Shown here one piece after another: positions 37,901-50,580 of a stretch of 64,000 bases of DNA. Both the position numbers and the translations under genes were made by a program. The notes below the pieces were generated by a model that saw nothing but the letters and a program-made list of their open reading frames with translations, searched no databases and was not told where the DNA came from. The number at the start of each line of letters is the position of its first letter. The stretch's first letter is position 1. Location of the stretch: the NCBI GenBank assembly GCA_002104905.1, contig MCFE01000345.1:26260-90259 (forward strand). Reading direction: 5' to 3'. Source of the DNA: Basidiobolus meristosporus CBS 931.73 (Eukaryota; Fungi; Basidiobolomycota).

Positions 37901-40537
37901 TTTCTTATTCTGGTAGAGCTCCTGACTGGGATAATCTGCTCTGATCTGGAACTGGTAGAAATATCTTTTGTATCTGGCTGAGTCTGGAGCATATCTTCTT
38001 CATGAGTGTTGATTGCATCATCAGGCAGCTGGCCAATGATTTCTGGGGCTTTCTGATATGAACTCTCCTCAAATACAATGTCCCTGCTCTTGATCAGCTT
38101 TTGAATTTTGCCATCATGCACTCTATGCCCTTTAGTATCTTTACAATACTCAAGAAAGATCCCTTTTCTACTTGTTAGTTCCAGCATTTAGTGTTTTTTA
38201 TAAGGGATGTGTTAAAGGATAACACTGCCAAAGATCCTGAGATGCTGGAGGTTTGATTTTTTGCCTATATATGCTTCAAAGGGTGTAGAATCCTGTGGTG
38301 TCTTTGTTGAGCATCTGTTCTTGATGTATACTGCAGTAGCAACAGATTCAGCCTAAAACCTGTAGTCCATTTCCTTATCATGTAGCATAGATCTTCCCAT
38401 CTTTACTACTGTTCTATTTGCACATTTTGCTACTCCATTTTGCTGTGGAATATGTGAAACAGTGGTCTGCTAACTTATCCCCATAGATGTGCAGTATATT
38501 ACAAACTCCTTTGAGCAGTATTCCCCTCCATTGTCACTTTGAAGTATATTCAGTTTACACCCTGTTTGTGTTTCTGCCATGTTCTTGAAGTGTTTAAATG
38601 TCTCTAAAGCCTAGTCCTTTGTTTTGCAGAAGTATACCCATGTATATGTTGGCTTGTCATCAATAACCGTCATAAAGTATATCTTGGCTCCAAAGAACAG
38701 TGTTCTCATGGGCCCACATACGTCTGAGCATACAATAGCCCATACTTGGGTGGTGTTTATGCTTCTTGAGCTCCTGAAATGCTGCCTAGCTTGTTTGCCA
38801 TATGAACATCCCTTACAGATACTCAATTTGATTGAAATTGAGTAATTTAGGCCTGAAACAAGCCCATTTTCATCAGTTGGCTCATTTTCTATTCCCCAAT
38901 GTGCCGTAGCCTCCTATGCCATGCCACCCAGTTAGTTTCATCAGTTTCAGCAATATTGGCAAACTCAGGTTCATTGACCTTGCATTGCGACTTGTATATA
39001 TTGTGATCTCTGATTCCCAAAGCTAGTTTTTGTCCATTTTCACTCAAAATTACGCAGTTCAGCTTAGTAAGAACAAATTCCAGTCCTTGAGCAGTTACTT
39101 TACTGACTGAGAGTAGGTCCTTAGCTATTCCAGGGATGTCAAGTACGTCATTTAGTATTGCTGCTATACCCCTGAGATATCACTCATACTTAGTAGTATA
39201 GACCCACTGGTGGTAGCTTCCAGTGCAGGGTTGTCTCCCAGATAAACCTTTCTTGTGGGAATAGTTTCTAAGCTGCTGAGCCACTCCTTTATACCACAAA
39301 TATGCTGTGATGCTCCATAGTCAATATACAATTGATTACTTTGGTTACTTGCACTCTCTTGTATATTTACAAATAAATGTTCATCAGTAGTTGTATGGTT
39401 TGCCTGCTCCAGTTTCTGTTTTTTGTCTGCTTGTTTCTTATTGCATTCTCTTGCTCAGTGTCCAGGCTTTTTACAGTAGTTACAACAACCAGGTTTTCTT
39501 TGGTTTTGTTGCTTTCCCTACTTCTCTGTGTGCCTCTCTGAGCCAAATAAAGCATTGTCTTCAATTCTCTCTGCTTGATCATAATATCTGAGTTCTTCAT
39601 AGAGAAGTCTTCATTTGACATTGTCTAAGTCAAATTGTCTTCTCTGCCTTCAAAAGAAAGTATGAGTGGCTCATAATTGTCTGGTAGGCTGCAAAGCAGT
39701 CAGAGTATTTTTCTTTCCATCTACACCAGCATTAATACTGCAAAGTTGTGCTGAAAGTGTCAGCATCTGGCTTCTTCCTCAAGTCAAAGAGTTTTCCTTT
39801 TAGATAGAGCTTGCTTGATACTGATTTTACTCTAAGGATCTTCTCTAATGATTCCCATGCTGCTTTGGCAGTATTTGAGCCATAGATTTGTTCAATGAAG
39901 GAATCTTGCACATTGGTACATAAAGCATAAGAGACCTTCTCTCCTTCTTTTGAAACTTCTCCGCTTCTTCTGCTGTTCCTTTGGTCTCAACTTCTTTTCC
40001 TGTTACTATATTCAAAAGCTTTCTTTCCTCAAGGTGGATCTGCATCTTGATTCTCCAGAGTCTGTAGTTCTTCCCATCAGACCTCTCCTTTAAAGGGAAG
40101 ATGTTTGTACTGTTCTGTTTGCTGGTAAAAGCCATCTTTGAAATAGGTTAAGGCAATTGGGGCTTGTAACCTGTTGCAATTTAAGAAGTGATATGGATAT
40201 AGGGAACTTATCAAGATATAGTGATAATGGTTGAATTGTTGTTTATTCATAAAGAGGATCAGTATTTATACCTTTGTAGAAGTAGTACAGCTGCAACACC
40301 AAGTAATGAGGGTTTCTTAACATTCAGGAGCACTCTGTAACAGCTTCAGAGTTAGTACATAATGTTTGGTAAAAAGTGTTTTGATCATCACTATAGGAAA
40401 TAATTATGGGATCATAGATGTGAAGAAGCTGGCAAAGTTGGGGCTGCAAGTAAGTCCTACAGTGACCAAGACTAGTCTAGAATTGGTTAGTAAATATTTA
40501 GCTGCTGAATGATATCAAATAGGCCACTATTTCAACA
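34933..40537 (-). mobile_element. Full-length Ty1/Copia, family 2 (heavily degraded)
   Basis: LTRs 34933-35302 and 40172-40537, TSD ATAGG/ACAGG, PPT TTTAGTTGAGGGGAG, PBS-like GGTTACAAGCCCC. Remnants DGKNYRLWRIKM, VCSDVCGPM, AKGYSQ and SDSDWG. Confidence 0.92.
35935..36998 (-). mobile_element. Solo LTR-like element, family X copy 2, inserted in the TRPD region of Copia-2 RT
   Basis: Reverse strand TTGTAGTGGGG...TACACCACCACA with CTGATTGGTTG, GGGTATATAAGGG and CAATAAATC. Flanked by CAT/CAT on the plus strand. Confidence 0.75.
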
Positions 40538-40877
40538 ACAGGAAGGTGTGTTTTGAATATTACAGAGGTAGTCTTGGCAAAAGTGACACCATCTAGGTAT
40601 AACTTTGCAGGAAGAATATGTCACAAGCAACACAAGTATATCCATTGAGGGCCACAATGTTGAGGTGATAGCAGTGTGTCAAGTGCAGCAGCTGGACATA
40701 TATGCAGCAGTTAGTAAACTAGAGGCAATAATTTTTTTGAAATGAACTCAATGATGAGTGCCCATGGTGGTATTGAGAAAGCAAGTAAAGAGTAATAATC
40801 TCACAGTTGAATGTCTGAATGGCTCCAGGTTAGGTAACCAAAGGAAACACCATGTAGTAAATAGGTGTGGTAACATT
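40538..40877 (+). mobile_element. Divergent CACTA subfamily, 3' region (continuation of 34535-34932)
   Basis: Weak but colinear similarity to 31960-32300. Confidence 0.55.
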
Positions 40878-43800
40878 CCCTATGAGATATTATTGTGATG
40901 ATCCCATCAAAAGGCCATCACAGATCTAAAGTCCCATGACTTAGATGTACTGATCCTGTCAGGACACCATGCAGAGACTTCTGAAAAATAACTGCACCCC
41001 ATATTTCACAAAAAACTTGGTCAATATTTTCACCACAACAGTAAATAAGTGGCTTTTGATTTGTCCCCTGCCAATTTGCTCACTTTCTAATCCTAGGCTC
41101 TTGATCACCTTCCACATTTGTGTACATTGATTGGCTATTGCTTCTTTCTCACATCCTTACTTTCTGACCTAACTGTTTCTCTTACTTTTCATACATACAA
41201 ATTGATTTATTTATGTTGAAACTTCAGTTTTACCTCAATTGCCAACTGTATTGACCTATACAAGTCTCTATGCCTTACACTAACATTGAGCCCAACCCTA
41301 CACATAACAAGTAACTCCATTAAAAACCCACCACTCAATAAGTATTTATGCTGTAATGCTCTGTTTCCATGACTCTGTTGAGAACCCAACGGCTTTATGT
41401 TGCTGTTCATTTACTGGTTCCCACAGGTCCTGGTCTTCAGCTGACACTGCAATTTGAGCACCATATCTGCAAGTCTTTGCAATAAATCCTTGCAAAATTC
41501 AAGTGCATTTTCTTTAACCCTACACTTGAGGAAGTACTGTATCCTCTTAGTGCACCTATTAATGTTGAAATATTTCACTGAATGCATTGTGATAGTCTGT
41601 CAAGTTCTTCACATTGTAGCCTTGTCTGTGATTGGGATCTCCACTCTGTCAACAATGGAGGATGTGGAGGCTGTGATAGACAAATTGCTTTTTGCTGCAA
41701 ACTCATCCCCCTTGCTGCAGCGTAGCTCAGCTGCCTGCACTTCCAACTCTCATGAAAACAGTTATTTTCTTATTGATAATTCTTCTTGGCTATGATGGGA
41801 TTCAGCCTGTTTTCAGCTTGCGGCATTGTTTGGCAAGAGCTGCAGTTGTTTTGATATGCCTCCCTGTCTCAAGCTTTGGTAGACATTTTCCCTTTACCTT
41901 TTCCTTTATCACTATCACATCTTTCACTGCTACTTTGTCTAAGATCTTCTTGCAAAGAACTTCATTTTCTCCTTGGATTGGCAAAAACTGCAGTTTTTTT
42001 GAATACTTCCCTGTCACAGACTTTGGTAGACATTTTCCCTTTACCATTATCTTCATCACTTTCCAGATCTTTCACTGCTACATTGGCTGAGTGCGTTTTG
42101 AGTGGTACTATACTTTTTCCTTGATAAATGTTGTGCCTGTGTATCTATGTCTGCCAGCTTGTCTCTTATTGGCACTCTTACAGCTACCAGACATCTCTTT
42201 GATGTTTGTTTAGAGCTTTTGGCCCTGCTGGTAATAGGCTCTTGAGGAAGCTGCTGATTTTTAGCAATGGCGCCCTTGTTGTTCAGCCTTTGTAAGATTC
42301 TGCTATTCTTAAGATACTATTTCAGCATACCAATGCTGGCCCAAAATCTGTCACCTGCATGGATCCAGGATATTGCTCATGGAACAAGTCAAGCACATTC
42401 TGCTTGGCCTCAAGTTCCTGATGGTCTCTGATGGCCTCTTGAATATTAGCCCACTCTTGATTATTGCACTCAATGTCCTCACAGATCCTCAACATCGTTT
42501 GATTTTTAGGCTTTGATATAGACACTACATTGTCTGCCTCCCATGCTGTGATTGGTTTTCTCTGGGCTTTATCTCTGGGCACTGCTGTTGTGCTTCAAAG
42601 ACTGTATGGTGTTCCTCTGCTGTTACATCAGAAAATAACTCAATTCTTGGCTGTTACATTGAGCTACCTGAGTTCCTTCTTTGCAGCAAAGATACTGCTT
42701 TCTCTACCTGGGATATTGTTTGCTCTACATGTATTATCTGCTCATCTGGCTTCTGGTCTATATCCTGACTTCTCTGGGCCATTATCTATATCCTATCAGC
42801 CACAGCACCTAAATGCTGCATTAATTCTTGGATATGAGCTCACAACATACTTGATAATATGTGTGATGGTGATGTTATGAACGCCACTTGCTGGTCTTCA
42901 GCTGAAGGTACTGTGCTTGCCACACTCTCAGCTGCCTGAGCATAACAGTCAGCTAGTGGCACTGTAGAGGTTCTCTATTGCCTATGGAACTGAGAGCCTG
43001 AGGTTTCCCCATTATTACCTTCAGTGGGCACACTGTCAGCATGGCCTTTTTTGAATGAAGCTCTGCTTGTTGCACTAAATGACAAAGCAAGCTGTTGTGC
43101 AGCCATTCTTATGCTGCAATCAGTAGTGGAGCTTGGTTGGGAACCAAAAAACTTTGCTCTATTTTTTGGTGGCACATATATGAAAGTGAGTCAAAGCAAA
43201 AGGGAAATGTTTTATATATACATGGGTATGTGGTGCCATAATGTTATATATAATGCTTACTTTGACAGATCATTATTGAATCTCACATTCCTGTAGGTAC
43301 AATGTCTCAAACGCAACACTGTCCTAAATTCACACTAGTATTGACCAAAGATTTAAATAATAGTGTTGCATTGTTGAAGGTCAAACAGTCTGCCCCATAG
43401 ACAAGATAACTTTGATTCAATACAGTAAGAGAAGAGAAAAAAGACCATATTGCTAGTGTAGCAAGCCTCTTAACCATGAAGCATCCTGACAGTATAGGAA
43501 GTATTACAAGGATCACAGCCAGCTGATATTTCTGTTTGGTACCTGGCTGTCTTTGTCACCTTGCTCAAACTGAGTCAGGTGAGTATGTGATGCCTTTAGG
43601 CTCATCACAGCCTTATGAATATGGCAAGCAGGGTATTAGTGTTACAAGTCTTGGTACAAGAGTTGTAGAGGAAAAGGGAGTTTAGCTAGTATTGTATTCA
43701 CTAAAACTTGAACCTATTTTTGATGAGGTTCCAGCAGCTCCTTATATACATTGTGCCAGATCAATTGCTGACTAACTGTATTTTTAAATATAGGATGTGG

Positions 43801-45819
43801 CCAATGACTCATTTGATTGCATCATCATCATCCAATAAGATCCTACTTAATATATCTGCTTCTGTCTGATGAGGAGCTGCTGATTCATTTGCTGACTAAT
43901 GCTACTGATTTGATAGATTACACTGATGTAACAATATGTTAAATATATAACTATATTGATTGGCAAAAAACTGATCTAACTTGAACATTCAATTGGTTGA
44001 TCATAGCAACAGCTCTGAGGAAGAAGGCTCAATGATGGACTGTGAGCCCATCTTCCCTAACAACAGTACCACACATGAGCCCAGTCATATCCTAATGTGC
44101 AATGAGTCAACACCCACTGAAATAAATGCCAAGTATGCTTTATAGAGCCCAGTGAGCCCAGTAATCTATATACTGGTGAGCAATGTAATGTTTTGGCCAG
44201 AGATGTGCTACATTTTCACCAATATTAGTAATGGGGATTTGGGGATTTATTACTACTTCTTACCAAAATCATTCAGGGTTGCAACTTAACATGTACGTGG
44301 TACAAGTAGACAACCATCATGCAGCTGGCAACATATGACTCAGAGACTGTCCTGATTTAAGCATGTGTCAACAGTTGCATGACATTCACATCCAATAATG
44401 CCACCATTGCAACATGTCCAAATTGTCAGAAATCCACCACCATTGAGGGAAAACATTGTTCACACTCCAGATATATTCCAGTATTACCCTGGCTAAAGAA
44501 GCTCATGGAGTCCAAAAAATATTGCAAAGCTATAATGTACCACACTCAGTATCAAGCAAGCACTAACATATCCAATATATTTGATGGCAAACATTACAAA
44601 CAGCTAAGAAGCAAGGGCCACTTTGAAGATACGTATTACCTTGCTATTACCTTAGTGTTTGATGGATTCTCATTAAACAAGAACTCTACCAGCAAATTCT
44701 GTTGGCCACTCATACTCATCCACCTGAATCAGCTGCCTATCTCATGGAATCAGAGCAAGATCTGATGGTAATCTCACTGGTATCTGGGCTTAAATCACTG
44801 TTTAACCTGGATAGCTACCTGTATCCTTTGATGGATGAGTTTTGCATACTTTCCAGTGGGATAGCAGAGAATGGCTATCATTTCAGGGTACACATTATTA
44901 CCTGCATTGGAGATACCCCAGCCATCAGCAAGATAGCTAACTTTTCTGGTCACAATGGACAGTATTGCTGTCAAATGTATGAGGTCCAGGGAATTTACTT
45001 CATAACTCACACACATTATTATTATCCAAACACCAACACTAAGAATATCATCTTCCCTCAGTGAGAACATACAAAAGTCAGTATGCAATTGCAACAAAGC
45101 TGACAAGCTATAAGTCATTAGCCAGGATATGGAATCAATTGGAAACTGGAGATACTTAGGATAGAGGGTAACTGTTGGAGCAAAGGCTATCCACTGGGAG
45201 CTATGCATTTGCTTTGCAACAATATCCCTATACTGATGACCAAGTTGTACATGGGGCATTTCAAGCTAAATGAGTCCTTCAAGATACCAGAGAAATCTGA
45301 AAGAATTGGCAAGATATTGCAAAGTATCCGCTACCCTGAGTACTTTGTGAAAGCTCCAAACAATATTCATATGCATCTGTGACAATACAAATGCAAAGAC
45401 TGGATGAACAGGATATATATATTTGACAGGTGTTCTGATGCCATTCCTACCAAGAGCACCTTGGAAGTATTGGGAATCATATGTGGACATTGTAGGAATA
45501 TATATCCAGAAGTGGACCACCAATGCCAACTTGACACTTCTAGAGCTGTTGTGCAAGGAGCTTGTAATGGGATTTGGGTGGGCCAATACTACAAACATAA
45601 AGCTGAATGAGTATATCTCTGCCACTTCTGTATCCATGCTCTACTCCTTCATGCTTGGTGTGTGGAGAATATTGGGCCTTGCTTCAACTTTTGGGAGTTT
45701 GCTTTGGAGCAGATGTGTGAAAAGATGGAAGGCAACTCAAACTGCAGGTACTACTATATCCCAATCTCATCAAGAATATTTATTGTAAGTCCATCATGAA
45801 TATGATGAGTTGGTACATA
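40878..45819 (+). mobile_element. CACTA/En-Spm copy, inverted, truncated by Gypsy
   Basis: Terminus CCCTATGAGATATTATTG at 40878. ORF2 remnants (-) 41200-43100 and transposase remnants (+) 43390-45810 (FDGKHYKQL, VFDGFSLNK, GDTPAISK). Confidence 0.85.
43640..44008 (-). mobile_element. Solo LTR, Gypsy family
   Basis: Homologous to 50226-50580. Flanks TTAG/ACAG are each one change from host ATAG. Confidence 0.8.
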
Positions 45820-46893
45820 TGTTACAATTTACCACTTGAATATTTAAGTTAGATCTGTTTTTAGCATATCAATTAGTTATATATTAACATATTGGTATAT
45901 TAGTGTAATCTATTGGATCAGTAGCATTAGACAGCAAATGAATCAGCTGCTCCTTATCAGACAGAAACAGATATATTAAGTGGAATCTTATTGGGTGATT
46001 GTTACAAGTCTTGATATAAGAGTTGTAGAGGAGTAGGGAGCTTAGTTAGTATTGTATTCACTAAAGCTTAGACTGATCTTTATTGAGGTTGCAGCAGCTC
46101 CTTATATACATTTTGCCAGATCAATTGCTGACTAATTGTATTTGCTAATGTAGGTTGTGGCTGATGACTCATTCAGTTGCATCATCATCAGCCAATAAGA
46201 TCCTACTTAATATATCTATTTCTGGCCAATAAGGATCTGCTGATTCATTTGCTGACTAATGCTACTGATTTGATAGGTAATACTGATATACTGATAACCT
46301 AAACATATACTAATTGATTTGACTCAAAATTGATGTAACTTAAACATTAAAGCGGCGGATCATAACACAATGATGATTCAATCAGATGAGTTATTGGCCA
46401 CAACCTATATTAGAAAATACAGCTAGTAAGCAATTGATCTGGCAAAATGTATATAAGGAGCTGCTGGAACCTCAATAAAAATAGGTTCAAGTTTTAGCAA
46501 ATACAATACTATCTAAGCCCCCTATTCCCCTACAACTCCTACATCATCACTTGTAACATTGGTGGCAGCAATAATCAGAAACCTACCTCCTGAAGAAAGA
46601 AGAAGACTCTCTCAAGAAGTCAGAAAATAAAGAATGGAAGAATGCTCTGCAGCAAATCCTGATCTAACTGCAACAGTTACTCCAGATCCTCAGCCAGCCA
46701 CTGCAAGGAATGAATACCATGGATCAGAACCAGCAAAGCCCTATCAAGGTCAACCTTAGTGTGAAGGTCAACCAGTATTTTGGTAGAGTCAATAAGAATC
46801 TGCAAACATATCATTTTCAGACTGAAGAAGCTTTTAGGACTAATGTATGTGGCCAGAATCCTGGATTATCTTATGGATCTCTTCATCTGCCTC
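45820..46893 (+). mobile_element. Ty3/Gypsy element G1: 5' LTR, PBS and start of gag only
   Basis: LTR 45820-46558 (split by a solo LTR), then TTGGTGGCAGC. Gag start MDQNQQSPIKVNLSVKVNQY is homologous to 49878-50075. Confidence 0.82.
46000..46367 (-). mobile_element. Gypsy solo LTR nested in the LTR of G1 in opposite orientation
   Basis: TGTTACAAG...GATCATAACA with flanks TGAT/CAAT. Confidence 0.88.
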
Positions 46894-49800
46894 ATTAGGG
46901 ATGGCATAGTCCTCCAAGTACTCTGGTAATAGGCTACGTCAATCTGGTTTGTGCACCAAGTTAAGTTGTGCAACTTGTGGTATTCTTGATAAGGCATCAG
47001 CAACTGTGTTGTTTTTCCCATGGCAGTAGATAATCTCTAAATTAAATTGCTAAATTTATTCACTCCATCTTGCCATTCTTGTAGAGAGTACCTTGTGAGT
47101 AAATATATACATGAGAAAGGCGTCATCAGTCTTCATGTTGCATTTGACTCCTTCAATATAGCATCTCCATGTCTTCAAGCAGTGTATTATAGCAGGTATC
47201 TCCTTCTCATGCACTGGATAGTTTTGTTCAGCTGAGCTCAGTTTCTTGGATTTAAAGGCAACTGGGTAGTCCTTTCCCTTGTGTTCTTGGTTCAACACTT
47301 CACCAATTGCATATTCTGCAGTGTCTGTTCGCAGAGTAAACTCTTTTCTGAGGTCAGGTATTCTTAAGCTTAGCAGCTTTGCAAGTTCATTCTTGAGTGT
47401 CTGGAACACAGTCTCACAAGCTAAGTCCCACTTGTAGGTATTATCTTTCTTGAGGATATCAGTTAAAGGGGCTGCAATACTTGCAAAGGGCTTGACAAAT
47501 CCCCAATGATAGGAAACCATTCCTAGAAATGATCTGAGTTCTGATATGTTTAAGGGCTGCTTCAGATTCTTGATAACTTCAACCTTATTAGGGTCTTAAG
47601 TCACTCCTGTGCTAGTCACTATATGTCCCAGATATTCAATGAGTTCCTTGAAGAATTCACACTTGGCTAGCTTGCAATATAGTTTGTTCTCACTTAGCTT
47701 CTTCTGTTGAAATATTAGACTATTCAGCAGCTAAAATTTACTTAACAATTCTAGACTAGTCTTGGTCACTGTAGGACTTCTTTTCAGCACCAACTTGGCC
47801 AGTTTCTTCACATCTATGATCCCATGATTATTCCTTATATTGAAGATCAAATAAGCACCTTTTACCAAATACTATGCATCAACCCTGAAATTGTTAAAGA
47901 ATGCTCCTGATTGTTAAGAAACCCTCCTTACTTAGTGTTACAGCTGTATTACTTTTATAAAGGTTTAAATACTGATACTCTATATGAATAAACAGCATTT
48001 CAACTATTATCACTATATCTTGTTAAGTTTCAAATAACCAAATCACTTCTTAAATTACAACATCTTCAAGACCTTTTCAATGTGCACCATGAGATCCTCT
48101 TCTGACTTGCTGTATATCAATATGCCATCTAGGTAGATTATCACAAACTTGTCTAAGTACTCCTGAAAGACAGTCTGCATCAGGGTCATGAATGTTGCAG
48201 GGGCATTGGTGAGGTCAAAACTCATGACTAAGTACTTGTAATGTCCATATCTGGTCCTGAATACTGTTTTAGGGATGTCTTCTGGCTTCACCCTAATCTG
48301 GTTGTATCCTGACATGAGGTCAATCTTTCTGAATACAGTGGCTCAGTTGAGTTGGTCCAAAAGCTCATCAATACAAGGAATGGGGTACTTATTCTTCACA
48401 GTAACTGAGTTTAGGGCTCTGAAGTCAATGCACACCCTAAGTGTTCCATCCTTCTTCTTCACAAAAAGTACTGGTGCTCCCTAAGGTGACTTGCTGGGTC
48501 TGATATACCCTTGCTCCAATAACTCATCTATTTGTCTCTTCATCTCTTCCAATTCCAATGGACTCATTCTGTAAGGTGTCTTACTCACTGGAGGGCTATA
48601 TTCTGTGTCAATGGCATGGTCTACATCTCTGACTGGTGGCAGGCTTACAAGTTCATCTAGAAATACATCTGAATATTCCTTCAAAAGAGTCTGGACCTTG
48701 TGGAGTAGTGGAGTAGAGGAATCCTCCTGTAATACTGCCATGAGGAACATCTGGGTGCCTTTTCTAAGTGCTCTACAGAGCTGTGTCTTGCTAAGTTCAC
48801 TTGTTTCACACACACTGGAATTGACCTAGTTAAATCCAGTCTGGCAGGTAATAGCTCATAGGTCTTGTTGTCCTTCTGGATCTGAGTAGCATGGGTTCTC
48901 AAGTTGAATGATGGATTACAACAAAATAGCCAGGTTTTTCCAAGTACAAGGTCAAACTTGCAGTTCCCAAATAGATAGGCCTGTAGGTCTTCTTCATAGT
49001 CATTGATCTTCATCCTTACTGGCTGAGTAATATGGTTAATTATATGAGAGTTCCCATCAGCTGTTAAGACTGAAGCTGATTTGGTGGGTTCCAAGTTGAT
49101 TCCAGCTTTCAAAGCAAATTCCTCTGACATGTACTCATGTGATGCTCCTGAGTAAATCATGATCTTGGCAGGTGCTCCATTGATTACTCCATTCAAATAT
49201 AATAGCTTTGCTGAGCTTGAGGTCATCTGGGATAGGTATTCTCCTGTCATATGGAAGGTGAGTTCTGGGTCTTCTTCAAGCTGATTCTCCATGCTACCAT
49301 GCTCAAGGGCTTCAATATGGTTGAAGCTTCTTGATGGTTGGTGTCCATTTCATCTCTGAGGGCAGTACTTTGCAACATGTCCCTGATGGTGGCAATTGAA
49401 GCAAAGTCCTTCTTCTTACATTCTTCTGAGGTAGGATTCTTCTGCATAGTGTCTATTTCCATTGGCACTGCTTCTGATTGTCTTCTTTCATAATCATTGT
49501 AGCCTCTCTGATTAGTCATTGTGAGCTTCCCAACTCCAAACATAGCTGAGACATAGTGAGTGGCAATCTTAATGGCTTCTTCAATAGTCAGGGGTCCTTG
49601 ATAATTCACTTCCTTGCAAGTACTACCTTTCAACCCATTAATAAAGTATTCCACTTGATCCAGGGGGTCCATTCTTTCAATTTGTCCAAGTTGACATCTA
49701 TATTCATAAATGTACTTTGAACCATTCCTTTCTCTTGTATGTCTCCAACTTTCTTCTTGGTAGTGTCTGCTAGTGTGGAGGTTCAAGAGCACCCTGAATT

Positions 49801-50580
49801 TCCAACACAACCACATCCCAGGTAGAGATTATACAGCATCCCATCATGGTAGCTGGCCTGATCCTGTTGTAGTACCACTATAAAGCTGCATCTGCCAGGT
49901 AAGAGGCTGCATAATGAAACTTGCTTTCTGGAGCAATTCCCTTAGCCTTGAAGGCTTCCTCAATCTGGAAGAGCCAAGTTCCCAGGTTTTCATTGACTCT
50001 ACCATGGTACTGGTTGACCTTCACACCAAAGTTGCTCTTGACAGGGTTTTGCTGGCTTTGAGCCATGGTAGTCACTCCTTGTTGCTGCTGGCTAAGGATT
50101 CAAAGTAGCTGTTGCTGTTGGGTCAGGATTTGCTGCATAGCATTCTTCCATTCTTGATTTTTGGACATCTTGAGGGAGGCTACTTCTTTCTTTAGGAGGG
50201 AGGTTTTAGTCATTGCTACTACCAATGTAACAAGTCTTGGTTAAGAGTTGTAGAGGAATAGGGAGTTTGGCTAATACTGTATTCTCTAAAACTTGAACTG
50301 ATTTTTATTGAGGTTCCAGCAGCTCCTTATATACATTTTTGCCAGATCAATTGCTGACTAATTGTATTACCTAATGTAGGTTGTGGCTGATGACTCATTT
50401 GATTACATCATCATCACCTAATAAGATTCTACTTAATGTATCTGTTCCTGTCTGATAAGGATCTGCTGACTAATGCTACTGATATGATATAACACTGATA
50501 TACTCATAGGCTAAACATATAACTAATGGATTTGACTAAAAACTGATCTAACTTAAATATTCAAGCGGTAGATCATAACA
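46894..50580 (-). mobile_element. Ty3/Gypsy element G2: 5' LTR, gag, protease, RT, RNase H; integrase and 3' LTR missing
   Basis: LTR 50226-50580 and PBS TTGGTAGTAGC. Remnants IMIYSGASHEY (protease), GYNQIRV, FRTRYGHY, YLDGILIYS (RT), QNYPVHEKE and NTVADALSR (RNase H). Confidence 0.9.
47705..48062 (+). mobile_element. Solo LTR of Copia family 2 inserted into Gypsy G2 RT
   Basis: TGTTGAAAT...TACAACA, homologous to 40172-40537, perfect TSD TCTTC. Confidence 0.92.
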
